Source: Eledone cirrhosa
Taxonomy: Eukaryota
Direction of reading: 5' to 3'
Length of the DNA stretch: 64,000 bases
Assembly: GCA_964016885.1 (NCBI GenBank)
Contig: OZ024740.1
Location: forward strand, 222,084,001-222,148,000
The notes under the pieces are model-generated. The model searched no databases and had not been told where the DNA came from. It saw nothing but the letters and a program-made list of their open reading frames with translations. The position numbers were made by a program, and so were the translations under genes. Shown one piece after another: positions 1-11,125 of the stretch (positions are counted from its first letter, which is position 1; every line of letters begins with the position of its first letter).

Positions 1-1963
1 TGTGTGTATTTATTGCCGTGCATTTGTTTTTCTGGCGGTGGGGTGTGGTTCTGCTATTTTCTTGTCGTTGTTGCTGGTTGTGTGTGTTTTGTTGTTGTGT
101 TTGCGATGTTGGTGCTTGTGGTGGTGGTGTTGAAGGTGTTGTTGTTGTTGGCGGTAGGGTTGTCGCCGGTGGTGATGGTGGTGCTAGTGTGGGTGGTGAT
201 GGTGTTGGTGGTGTTGCTGCTGTGAGTCTCTTTGCAGTAGCCTTTACCCTTTTTTCATTTCTTTCCTCCCTTTTCGAAGGCAACGATGCGCTGCTCCTGC
301 GTTTGTGCCTTCTTGCGACCTTTTGCCATCCCTCTCCCACCTCACACTCCATGTCCGATTCTGTGAGGTCGGGGAGGGGTACCAGCTCCACTCATTCACT
401 TGTTGTTGTTGGTGATGTTTGCAGTGGAGTCTCTTTTGCAGCTGCAGTTGGTATTACTGATGTTGTTGTTAATACTTCCACTGCTGCTGCTGTTCTTGAT
501 TTCCGTGGCGTGGCTATGGGTGCCACGGACCTATCGTTCCTGGTTGCCGCTTGTCCTGTTTCTGGTAGCAGTGGAGCCGGTTTCGGAAGGAGGGAGGTTT
601 TCTCTTTTCTTAGGGTCTTCTCGTTGCAGAAGGCCCTGAGGTGAGTCTTCGATCCACAGCGAAAGCATTTCGGGCGTTTGCTCTCAACACTTATGGGCAA
701 TTGAGTGCCGTTATCGAAGTCTATCACATCCGGGATAGCTTCGATGCACTCCTGGTTGGTTTGGATTAACATCTCAATGGAGGTGCCGACCCAATCTTCT
801 CTTACTTTTTTCTGTACTTGCAGTACAGTTGTTTTGTCGATTCCGACAAGGACAGACGCGGCCAGCCAAGAAGGGGCCATCCCGGGGGGAACGTGGGTCA
901 GTTTGACCCTCACAATTTTTGCCCGCAGTAGGAGAGCACCAACATCATTTCCTCGCTCCTTAGGGTCACTAAGGATTGAGCCTTTGCCTCCTGGGGTGTG
1001 GCAAAAAGCACGTCTACGGTGGATATTTCTTGCCTCGGGTGATATGCGTTTTCCGCTGCCACACAGACCCTAAGGCTTTTTGTATTTGAGCATCTGTGGC
1101 TCTTTCAACCCTACGGGATTTTGTGCTCGGTGTCCGGTTTTCGTCACCATCTTCTTTGCTTCCTGTTATTCCTCATTTGTTATGAGGATGGTTTCCAGGT
1201 TCTTTGCGATACCTGCAAACGAGATTGGTTTTTCTTTGCTGCTGCTGCTGTTGTTGTTGTTGTCGTCAGAGCTGCTGTAACTTTTGTTGTTGCTGCAGGT
1301 ACTACGACTACTGCCGCCGCCGCTGTTGCTGTGGTTGTTGTTGCTGCTGCTGCTGTTGTTGTTGCTGTTGCTGCTAATGCTGTTGTTGTTTATGCTGCTG
1401 CTGATGCTGTTGCGGCTGCTACTGTTGTTTTCCTTGTCACTGTTGCTGCTGCTGTTATTACGGCTGCTACTGCTACTATTCATGACGTCAGACGAATGAA
1501 ATGGGTTTTCGTATTTACCGCACACCTTTTTCGTCGTTGTCGTCGTCGTGGAGAAATGTTCCATTTTTTGCACGTGATTTTGGAAACTATTTTTCTTTAC
1601 TGGCGTCGCTTGCGAAAGAGAAGGGAGGGAGAGAGACACATTTAGAGAAGGGAGGGAGAGAGACAATCTTCTCTCTGCTGTAGTGACGATTGAGGAAGAA
1701 GAAGACGGAATGAGTGGGAGTGACTTGTGAAAATTCTTTTTCGTAGCCATGTTTTTTTTGTTTAAAATAAATATTGGGCACAAAACTCCAATAAGCGGTT
1801 ATTTAACCCCGAAGGGCCAAATAACGGGCAGAAAGACCCCTCTCACGAGGAAGAGGGTGTTTTTGTTTACAATTTGGTTAAAGTTTTAAAAAATTTACAA
1901 TTGTTATAGCGGTCAAAATTTACAATACCTTACAGAGCCGAGCCTCCGTCAACCATAGCATTC
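1..1963 (-). mobile_element. 5' part of a decayed L1/Tx1-type LINE (5' UTR plus disrupted gag-like ORF1), continuing off the left edge of the window
   Basis: Minus ORFs 1166-1783 (S/N-rich N-terminus) and 392-913 (CCHC knuckle CFRCGSKTHLRAFC) align by eye with ORF1 19546-20664 (VPPGM/IPPGM, REDW, IPD, RPxC). There is a stop/frameshift near 1070-1170. The 5' end abuts (AAT)n at 1964. Confidence 0.8.

Positions 1964-2008
<45 letters not shown>
1964..2008. repeat. (AAT)n microsatellite, shared insertion site of the Tx1-like and Dong-like elements
   Basis: Directly visible in the sequence. Confidence 0.95.
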
Positions 2009-2009
<1 letters not shown>

Positions 2010-3015
2010 GAGGTCTTATCAGCATAGAGGACTGTGTTCAGATGGAGAAAAACAACCTATACAAATACGTGACCTATAGTAAGGAGCCAATGCTCAGAAC
2101 TGTACTGAAGGAGGGGACAGTAGGCCAGGGGATGTCCAAGGAGGAAATAACATCAAGGAGGAAGAGCAGCCTTAAGGGAAAATCCCTTCATAGTACCTTC
2201 TTTGAGAAAACTGAATTTAGAGATCCACAGACATGGAACTGGTTGAGAAGAGGAGACCTCAAAAAGGCTACAGAAGGAATGCTAATGGCTGCGCAGGAGC
2301 AGGCCCTCAAAACGAAGTGGTTGAAGCACCATATCTACAAGGAGGAGGCTAGCCCACTGTGCAGGATCTGTGGAGAGAGAGAGGAGACTGTGGCTCACAT
2401 TGTGTCCGAGTGTAAACACCTAGCCCAGACCCACTATAAGGGCTGGAGACACGATGTGATGGGCAGGGTGATCCACTGGCACCTGTGCAAAGTAAACAAT
2501 TTACCACATTCTGAGAAATGGTATGAGCATAGGCCAGAGGCGGTGATGGAGAACAATCAGGTGAAGGTGCTGTGGGATTTTAGGATACAGACGGACAAAA
2601 AACTGGAACACAATAGACCTGACCTGGTGGTTGTGGACAAAGAAAAAAGATCGTGTCTGATTGTGGATGTGGCCTGCCCGTTCGACACGAGAGTGCAAGA
2701 GAAGGAGAGGGAGAAAATTAACCGATACCAGGACCTAAAGTGGGAGGTGAAAAGGATTTGGAACTGCCATGAAGTCAAAGTGATCCCGATTGTCATAGGC
2801 GCACTGGGGACTATCTCCAAAAGTTTCCAGGGTTGGTTAAAGAAAATCGGCCCCTTCACGCTTTTTGGAACGCTTCAAAAGGCATGCTTGCTTGGAACAG
2901 CAAGAACCCTCCGATACGTCCTGAATATCTGAGGCTGCAGGTAGTGGCTTGATATTCAATCCAACGGACTTTCCAGTTAACCAACATCAATGACTGAGAT
3001 TCAAGGAATAACAAC

Positions 3016-3077
<62 letters not shown>
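2009..3077 (+). mobile_element. 5'-truncated copy of the R4/Dong-like LINE with (TAA)n tail
   Basis: 2009-3010 matches 6589-7590 (offset 4580) with about 10 substitutions by eye. ORF 2042-2932 carries the CCHC and RLE domains. (TAA)n lies on both sides. Confidence 0.95.
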
Positions 3078-6000
3078 GGGAAGAAGACGCACGAGGTGAC
3101 GGAGGTCATGAAATCGCTCCCGTAAGTTTTGAATTTTTAACATATTTAAACCATTTGTGAAATAACAACTCTTAGTACAAATGCTACGTAAAGCACCCGG
3201 CTTGAGCCCCAAAAAATTCGGACCCAAAATATATTGTTATAAGGCTCAAATATTCAAATATTCAACTTTGTATTGTACACTGTATATCCAAAAAAGAAAA
3301 TGGCTATAAATGGAAGAAGAACCCCCCCCCCCCTCCTCCTCTGTATACACTATATAGAACAGCCAAACTCACCAACACCAGAAACTAGATACACCACCCA
3401 CCCTATCACCTGTGTACACTAAACCACCACCGATCACTACGGCCATCATTACAACCATTATCCCATCACCGCCGCCACCACCCCTTCACTCCTTCACTGC
3501 TGCCACCGCTACAGCACCATCGCTACAGTAATACGGTCACATCACCGCCACCACTGTCTCGGTATCGACATCACCACCACCACTGTCTCAGTATCGCTAC
3601 CGCCGCCAGTCTCCCACTTCTTCTTTTAGCTGGCTGCTGCCACCACATTATAGAATCCCTACTGCTAAAAAAGAGGAAGGCATCAAAATATATAGATAGA
3701 CTCAAAAGAAAAAAGAAAAAATAAACAACAAAAGCAGCACAGCAACAACAGTAAAAAACGAGAAAAACAGAGAAAAACAAAAACAAAAAAAGAAACCCCC
3801 AAAACGTAAAGAAAATAAGAATGAAGAGAGAGGCAGGCGGACGGACAGAGAAGAGGGGGGAAAAAGTAAAACTTAAAAAACAAAAACTAAGTCAGACATT
3901 CGAATACTACATTACAATGAAACTTATGCTTATTCATTTTTGGGGCCCTTTCTGCCCGTGTGTTTGTTTGTTTATGTGTGTCCGTATACAGCGTGGTGAT
4001 AATGCCACACAAGGGCCAAGTGGGATGGCGGATCCACAGATGGCTATGTAAACATACATTCGCCAATCCTCGATAAGAGTGTTTAAATATCGAACATAAA
4101 CAGTTCGAATAACGGTGAAATGGAGACTAGAACGTCATGTGACAGACTCTCACCCAACAGGTGCCCCCTGGCTCAGCAGCAGGAACCTGACTGTCAACGA
4201 AATACTGCTGATGTTGGAGGAAGAAGAAGAAGGAAAGGGGCCAGAACCAACTGGACGAAAGAATTGAATAGAACTGTTATGCAATGCTACCTGAAAAGTA
4301 ACCCCAAGGAGAGGGGCTACAGGAGACGGATGCATAACATCTGGAACGAGATTGGTTTATTTAAATTAGATGAACAAAAATTGGCCGGGCAGGCTCGGGT
4401 AATAAGAACTAATGGGTGGATAAGCGAGCTGGAACTGGAGGAACTGAGCAGAGAGAATGGCTTGGAGATGGCGGGTGTAGTATGCCAGACAAGCGAGCCG
4501 GCGGGAAATGAAGGTGAGGAGGTCCTGAGAGCGGAGGAACCACCCGAAGCAGACAATGATCTGAATACTGAGATAAATAATACCTGGAACAGAGATACGG
4601 CCACTGAGGAGATGAATGCTGACGGGCTAGGACAAGATTCGGTTGACATCCTAAATTTAGTGGTAGATGAGTTGAACAATGATAGTGGGAGACCTATGAA
4701 CCTAAGATTTGTAGACAGGAAAAAGTTAAAAGAAACAACAGCTAAGGTAAACAAAGTCATCCCATACCTTGAGGCGAGGAGTCTTCACCAGTGCAACAAT
4801 ATCCTCAAAGCAACAGCAAATACGGTGAGGAAACTACTTGGTATAAAAGCGAGAGGAAACAACAGACAAGAAAGAGCAGAGCCGTGGTGGAAGAAGCGAC
4901 TGAGTGGGCAAATCGGGGAAATGAGAAATGACATAGGAAAGCTTGAGTCACTACTGAATGGGACACTAAAAAACATAGGCACTAAAAATAGACTGGAAAT
5001 AAAATACAAAACTAGGAGTAAAAAGCTAAATATTATCATAGAGGAATTGAAGCAACGCATTGTAGCAAAGAGTGCCAAAATCAGGCGATACGAGAACAGA
5101 GTCAGTCAGTATAAACAGAACCGCATGTTCGACAACAACCAGAAGATGCTGTTTGGACAGCTTGAGGGGAAAGAAAGAGGCACCGACTTGATCCCTGGGG
5201 CGGAACAAGCTAAAACATTCTGGAGAGGAATATGGGAGCAGGATGTTAGACACAATGCCCAGGCAGGGTGGATTGAGACAGTACAGAGGGAGATCGGTGA
5301 GCAGGCACAGCAACAGACTGATTTGAGTATCACAGTTGAAACTCTTAAGGGGCAAGCCAAAAAACTAACCAACTGGAAATCACCAGGCCCAGATGGTGTG
5401 CAGGGGTATTGGATTAAACATTTAACATCCCTCCACCCGAAGCTGACGGCCATGTTCAATGACTGCTTGGTGTCGGGTGAGGTGCCAGAGTGGTTGACAA
5501 AAGGTACCACAGTTCTGATAATGAAAGACCGAATCAAGGGTAATGATGTTACCAACTATAGACCTATCACATGTCTGCCCGTAATGTGGAAACTGTTGAC
5601 GAGCATTGTGTCTGAGGAAATCTACCATCACCTCCACACAAACAACTTGTTGCCGGACGAACAGAAAGGATGCCGAAAGAAGTCACGTGGTACAAAGGAC
5701 CAGTTGCTTATTGATAAGATGGTAATGGGGAATTGCAGGAGGAGACACACTGATCTTGCCATGGGATGGATAGACTACAGAAAGGCATTTGACATGGTGC
5801 CTCATTCCTGGATCACCAAAAGCCTGGAGATCTTCAGGGTGGCAGATAACATCAGAGAGTTGCTGGGCAGGAGTATGGGGTCCTGGGAGACAGAGTTGAC
5901 ATCAACTGGAGTATCCTTGGGAAGCGTGAAGATCAAGAGAGGTATCTTCCAGGGAGATAGCCTGTCCCCTCTGTTGTTTGTCCTTGCCCTGATGCCCTTG

Positions 6001-7618
6001 ACCATTATGCTGCGAAAAGTGAGAGCAGGATACAAGTTGGGAAGGGGAGAGCTTACCATCAATCACCTCCTCTTCATGGACGATCTTAAGCTCTTCGGGA
6101 AAAGTGAGAAGGAGTTGGATGTGCTTGTTGACACTGTCCGTATTTTCAGCAGTGATATATGTATGCAGTTTGGTATTGGTAAATGTGGAGTCATTGTGAT
6201 GAGGAGGGGTAGGTTGAGCAGAAGTAACGGGATCCAGATACCAACAGGTGAGATGATAAAGGAAATTGACTCTGAGGAAGGATACAAGTATTTGGGCGTT
6301 CTGGAGGCTGATGGCATAAAGAACAAAAAAATGAAGGAATTGTTAAGAACTGAATACATTCGGAGAGTAAGGAGCGTATTGAAGTCACATCTGAACAGCA
6401 GAAATGCCATAAGCGCAGTAAATTCCCGAGCTGTGTCTATTATTAGGTACAGTGCGGGAATTCTGAGATGGAATGTTGCTGAACAAAAAGAAATGGATAG
6501 GAAGACTAGGAAGCTATTGACTATCTACAACATGTTCCACAAGAGGAGTGATGTCGATAGACTCTACCTAAGGAGATCTGAGGGTGGAAGAGGTCTTATC
6601 AGCATAGAGGACTGTGTTCAGATGGAGAAAAACAACCTATACAAATACGTGACCTATAGTAAGGAGCCAATGCTCAGAGCTGTACTGAAGGAGGGGAGAG
6701 TAGGCCAGGGGATACCCAAGGAGGAAATAACATCAAGGAGGAAGAGCAGCCTTAAGGGAAAATCCCTTCATAGTACCTTCTTTGAGAAAACTGAATTTAG
6801 AGATCCACAGACATGGAACTGGTTGAGAAGAGGAGACCTCAAAAAGGCTACAGAAGGAATGCTAATGGCTGCGCAGGAGCAGGCCCTCAAAACGAAGTGG
6901 TTGAAGCACCATATCTACAAGGAGGAGGCTAGCCCACTGTGCAGGATCTGTGGAGAGAGAGAGGAGACTGTGGCTCACATTGTGTCCGAGTGTAAACACC
7001 TAGCCCAGACCCACTATAAGGGCTGGAGACACGATGTGATGGGCAGGGTGATCCACTGGCACCTGTGCAAAGTAAACAATCTACCACATTCTGAGAAATG
7101 GTATGAGCATAGGCCAGAGGCGGTGATGGAGAACAGTCAGGTGAAGGTGCTGTGGGATTTTAGGATACAGACGGACAAAAAACTGGAACACAATAGACCT
7201 GACCTGGTGGTTGTGGACAAAGAAAAAAGATCGTGCCTGATTGTGGATGTGGCCTGCCCGTTCGACACGAGAGTGCAAGAGAAGGAGAGGGAGAAAATTA
7301 ACCGATACCAGGACCTAAAGTGGGAGGTGAAAAGGATTTGGAACTGCCATGAAGTCAAAGTGATCCCGATTGTCATAGGCGCACTGGGGACTATCTCCAA
7401 AGGTTTCCAGGGATGGTTAAAGAAAATCGGCCCCTTCACGCTTTTTGGAACGCTTCAAAAGGCATGCTTGCTTGGAACGGCAAGAACCCTCCGATACGTC
7501 CTGAATATCTGAGGCTGCAGGTAGTGGCTTGATATTCAATCCAACGGACTTTCCAGTTAACCAACATCAATGACTGAGATTCAAGGAATAACAATAACAA
7601 TAATAATAATAATAATAA
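3078..7618 (+). mobile_element. Probably full-length R4/Dong-clade RLE non-LTR retrotransposon (5' boundary uncertain)
   Basis: Single long ORF, short 3' UTR and (TAA)n tail at 7590-7618. It starts right after the (TAA)n tail of the truncated copy. Confidence 0.8.
4120..7512 (+). CDS. Intact 1130-aa R4/Dong-like protein: reverse transcriptase, CCHC zinc knuckle and restriction-like endonuclease
   Basis: RT motifs KSPGPDG, NYRPITCL, EQKG, IDYRKAFDMVPH, GIFQGDSLSP, LLFMDDLKL, YKYLG. Zinc knuckle CRICGEREETVAHIVSEC. RLE motif RPDLVVVDK...IVDVACP...EKINRY. No APE domain. Confidence 0.95.
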   Translation: METRTSCDRLSPNRCPLAQQQEPDCQRNTADVGGRRRRKGARTNWTKELNRTVMQCYLKSNPKERGYRRRMHNIWNEIGLFKLDEQKLAGQARVIRTNGWISELELEELSRENGLEMAGVVCQTSEPAGNEGEEVLRAEEPPEADNDLNTEINNTWNRDTATEEMNADGLGQDSVDILNLVVDELNNDSGRPMNLRFVDRKKLKETTAKVNKVIPYLEARSLHQCNNILKATANTVRKLLGIKARGNNRQERAEPWWKKRLSGQIGEMRNDIGKLESLLNGTLKNIGTKNRLEIKYKTRSKKLNIIIEELKQRIVAKSAKIRRYENRVSQYKQNRMFDNNQKMLFGQLEGKERGTDLIPGAEQAKTFWRGIWEQDVRHNAQAGWIETVQREIGEQAQQQTDLSITVETLKGQAKKLTNWKSPGPDGVQGYWIKHLTSLHPKLTAMFNDCLVSGEVPEWLTKGTTVLIMKDRIKGNDVTNYRPITCLPVMWKLLTSIVSEEIYHHLHTNNLLPDEQKGCRKKSRGTKDQLLIDKMVMGNCRRRHTDLAMGWIDYRKAFDMVPHSWITKSLEIFRVADNIRELLGRSMGSWETELTSTGVSLGSVKIKRGIFQGDSLSPLLFVLALMPLTIMLRKVRAGYKLGRGELTINHLLFMDDLKLFGKSEKELDVLVDTVRIFSSDICMQFGIGKCGVIVMRRGRLSRSNGIQIPTGEMIKEIDSEEGYKYLGVLEADGIKNKKMKELLRTEYIRRVRSVLKSHLNSRNAISAVNSRAVSIIRYSAGILRWNVAEQKEMDRKTRKLLTIYNMFHKRSDVDRLYLRRSEGGRGLISIEDCVQMEKNNLYKYVTYSKEPMLRAVLKEGRVGQGIPKEEITSRRKSSLKGKSLHSTFFEKTEFRDPQTWNWLRRGDLKKATEGMLMAAQEQALKTKWLKHHIYKEEASPLCRICGEREETVAHIVSECKHLAQTHYKGWRHDVMGRVIHWHLCKVNNLPHSEKWYEHRPEAVMENSQVKVLWDFRIQTDKKLEHNRPDLVVVDKEKRSCLIVDVACPFDTRVQEKEREKINRYQDLKWEVKRIWNCHEVKVIPIVIGALGTISKGFQGWLKKIGPFTLFGTLQKACLLGTARTLRYVLNI

Positions 7619-8395
7619 GAAGAAGAAGAAGAAGAAGAAGAAGAACAGTAATAAGAGATGCGCTCTTTGAATCTCTACCGTTACCACAGTGCATCTACAT
7701 CTACACCCATCCTGGAAGTATTTTGGATTTTCTTTCTTGGTTTACAGTTGCGAATCTGCTGTACAAAAATGTAATGGAATAAATATTTTAGTCGCATTAA
7801 CTCGAATAACAATAAAAATACGTATACGAGTTCCATTCCAATTTTCTGTACAAAGAAAGCAATAAAATTCACCTTGCCGTCCCTTTTAGAAATATTCAAT
7901 AACAGAATTGTAAATATGATGTTTGTTAAACATGCAAATACACATTGAAAAATGTATTATTATGTAGTTAAAGACCGATAATATTCAAAAGGCCGGTACA
8001 TTGTGGTAGCAAAAATACAAAGGGCAAATGATGACAAATAAAAAAAAAGAAAACAAAGCAATATTTTACGCAGTGTATTTTAGCATGATATTTCAGAGCT
8101 ATTACCCACTTTCCATATGCGAAACTGAAACAGTCCAAAACAAAACAAAACGAGGAATCAAAGTATTCTTCCCTAACTATCTCAAGAATATATAATAGGT
8201 CAGATTTAATCCGAGGTAGAATAGTTATCCCACGCATACATTTTGCACACATACAGTCAAGTTATGGAGGAATATTTCGTATTAACTATATTACTCTGTG
8301 TATTGTTATATTCAAAACAATATATGGAATTATCACTGCTGGAACGCATTTTTCATATATCTATTCGTTTCGAATACAACAACAAAAACAATAAC

Positions 8396-8582
8396 TGTTT
8401 CTACTTTTAGCACAAGGCCAGCAATTACCCAGTGCATTACTGGTACTTTATTTTATCGACCCCGTAAAGATGAAAGGCAAAGTTAACCTCGGCGAGATTT
8501 GAACTCAGACCATAAAGGGGCATAACTCTATGCTGCAAAGCATAGCATCCGACCCTCTACCGATACTGCCAATACATCGCCC
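8396..8582 (-). mobile_element. tRNA-derived SINE, family A
   Basis: Reverse complement of the 53782-53967 copy, with A/B boxes. Flanked by the TSD-like direct repeat caaaaacaataac. Confidence 0.9.
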
Positions 8583-8789
8583 ATAAACAGCAAAAACAAT
8601 AACGTTCGACCAACAGCCTTCCGTACCACGTAACATATGATAATCCATATAAAGTAATAAAAATTGAATTATGCATCGATCTATATAAACCACCTACAAC
8701 AACAGATAATTTCTTCTAACCTTATGAGACTTTCCATCAAACCATTCTTTCTAAAAACGTCTAAAGACTGTCTCAAATGCGGAGTTTCA

Positions 8790-9008
8790 TTTGGCCAGTG
8801 ATTATCCCGGTTTACATGGCGTTAAGCGGCTGGGCGTACACGATATCCTCCTAGACAGAACACCAGTCCATTGCAGGGCTAAACCCTCAACTGCTGGTGG
8901 TACTGATATTCAGCTGAGTATACTAGAGCAATGTGAACCTGGTCCAAGAATCGAACTCTCGACATAATGATCGTACGTCCAACACCCTTAAACATTATGT
9001 CACACATC
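8790..9008 (-). mobile_element. tRNA-derived SINE, family B (diverged)
   Basis: Homologous to 49488-49733. B-box-like GTTCGATTC on the minus strand. Confidence 0.75.
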
Positions 9009-9420
9009 TTCAGAAACCATTATATGGATATAACGGTTTGCTTTATTGTTACTGTAAATTTACTGTTTTACCCAGGATTGAAATACCCAATTAATATAAT
9101 CGATATTTTGAAATCAAATAAAATAATCCACTGTTAAGTGGATTACACTTCCATTAATGTGTTTTATACTTAACAACTCAAATCAATGGCTCACTTAATC
9201 GTTCTTAACAACTCGACCTTTTAAGGTAAGACTGACTACCGATAAACTATTACTGGATAAATGGTTGTTTCTTTTTTATTAAATGTTTTCAACAAAGGAA
9301 GTTATTTTATTTTCCCCATTTAGTTTCTCCTCTGATTTCTGTGGCGGCGTATCTTTGTTGTTTCTATTAATGGTGTTTGGCTTTAAGATATATTGTTTGT
9401 GATTATGTGTCTAAGAAAAG

Positions 9421-9487
9421 ATCAGCATCATCATCACAATCCTCCTCCTCCTCCTCCTCCTCCTCCTCCTCCTCCTCCTCCTCCTCC

Positions 9488-9530
<43 letters not shown>

Positions 9531-9620
9531 AATACCTCCACCAACATCATCAACAACATCATAATCAACAACAACAACAACAACGGCGACGACGACGACG
9601 ACGGCGGTGACAGCGGCAGC
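9421..9620. repeat. Compound trinucleotide microsatellite (CCT)n/(CAT)n/(CAA)n/(GAC)n
   Basis: Directly visible in the sequence. Confidence 0.95.
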
Positions 9621-10116
9621 AACATTATGTTCATTATAATTGTGTATGATACACTCTAGATGTTAACGCCTGGAAGCAAAATAAGAACAGATTTTTTTTT
9701 CTTTCAATAATGTTTTAAGAAATTCGTTCATTCATAGAAAGTGGTTTCATTAGGGTATCAACAATTTCAGACAATCAGATTGTTTGTATTGTGTTGGTAC
9801 ATGATTTCATCTGTAGATGTTTAAAGCAGAATGAAGGCTTATACTTCATAAGGAATATGCCAAGTACTACCAACTATATTCATACTACACTTTTCTAATA
9901 CTTAAGTATATTTATGTAGATTCTGAATAATTAGCAGACTTCTGAAATTCTTTATAAATAATGAATATTACAAGATGTACGTAAATGAAGTTCAGTTGTA
10001 ATACATGTCTAGTTTCCTATTAATATGGTCCGTCTGTAAATGACTGATAATAAAATAACAACAGTAAAAAAACAAAACAAAAAAAAAGCAATAAACAAAC
10101 AAACCATTCATTTTAG

Positions 10117-10590
10117 CAGGCGGCGAACTAGTTCAGTTGGAACGTCGGATAGAATGCTTTTGTGGTATTGTCCGGCTTATTGTACTCTGAAGTCAAATCC
10201 CGCCAATGTCAACTTTGCCTCTCATAATTTCGAGGTCGATAAATAGAATACCTATCCTGGAAACGACATCCCACCTTGTCTAAAATCTATGGCAAACTCC
10301 CTCGAGCCTCTGCCCTTCTAAAATCCAGGAGAGCTCAATTTGCTGGCCACTGTCACCGTGCCAGCAATGAAATCATATCCGCTCTCTTGCTCTGGAACCC
10401 TGACCCCAGCCTGACAAGGAGTAGGAAGCTGTCATTCCCTGACGTTATCTCTAGAGATACGGGCGTCAGCAGTCAGGACATGGGGGCAGCGATGGGGGAC
10501 AGGGGATTCGGGGGCATGAGAGTGAGTTCCATCATCTCGACAGTAGTCGACGAGTGATGATGTGAGAATACCAATTTAGTACTGGGATTG
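10117..10590 (+). mobile_element. Diverged family-A SINE interrupted by the 3' fragment of an RTE-like LINE (10253-10563)
   Basis: The SINE body runs to ...gtcgataaatagaatacc and resumes at agaataccaatttagtactggg after the insert. The insert encodes RRAQFAGHCHRASNEIISALLLW and ends in gatgatg. Confidence 0.7.
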
Positions 10591-10913
10591 AATCTCCTTC
10601 GATATCTCTTTCTCACATCATCTCTATCACTCTCACTTTCTCTCTCTTTCATTTTCCTTCAGTGAAAGTAATGGACTGTGTTCAGACTTGCAGAGGAGAT
10701 GGACTCCGTCATGTTTTATAAATGCCCAACAAACGCCGTATAACACAACGATGCCCCTACGACTCCACCAGAAGTTATGGGTCAATGGAAGTAGTTTCGA
10801 ATTGAGGCACACGGCCAACAATGTTATTTCGTTGAGGAGGGGAATACTTGACTATCACTTTATTTTACCGAATTCAGGAGGCAACATTCAGTAGAATTTG
10901 ATTAACAAATAGT

Positions 10914-11125
10914 CGTTTCTGATTTAGACGCAGGGTCAACAATTTAAGGGGAAGGAAAACTCAATAATATCGACCCCAGTACTTAACTGGTACTGTATGT
11001 TATCGACGTCAGAAGAATGAACACATCAAAATTGACCTTGGAGGTATTCGATCTCAGAATATAAAGGGCCGTAACTAAATACTTAAATGCGCATTTCTAT
11101 GACGCTCTAACGACACCTCCAACCC
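10914..11125 (-). mobile_element. Diverged family-A-related SINE
   Basis: Motifs tatcgaccccagtacttaactggtact, attgaccttggaggtattcgatctcagaa and gacgctctaacga. Confidence 0.7.

Noticed and set aside
4-1645. Hydrophobic plus-strand ORFs resembling membrane proteins
   Set aside because: They are antisense shadows of the low-complexity LINE ORF1.
9393-9659. Poly-Pro/poly-His ORF resembling a transcription factor exon
   Set aside because: It is a pure trinucleotide microsatellite with no domain or splice support.
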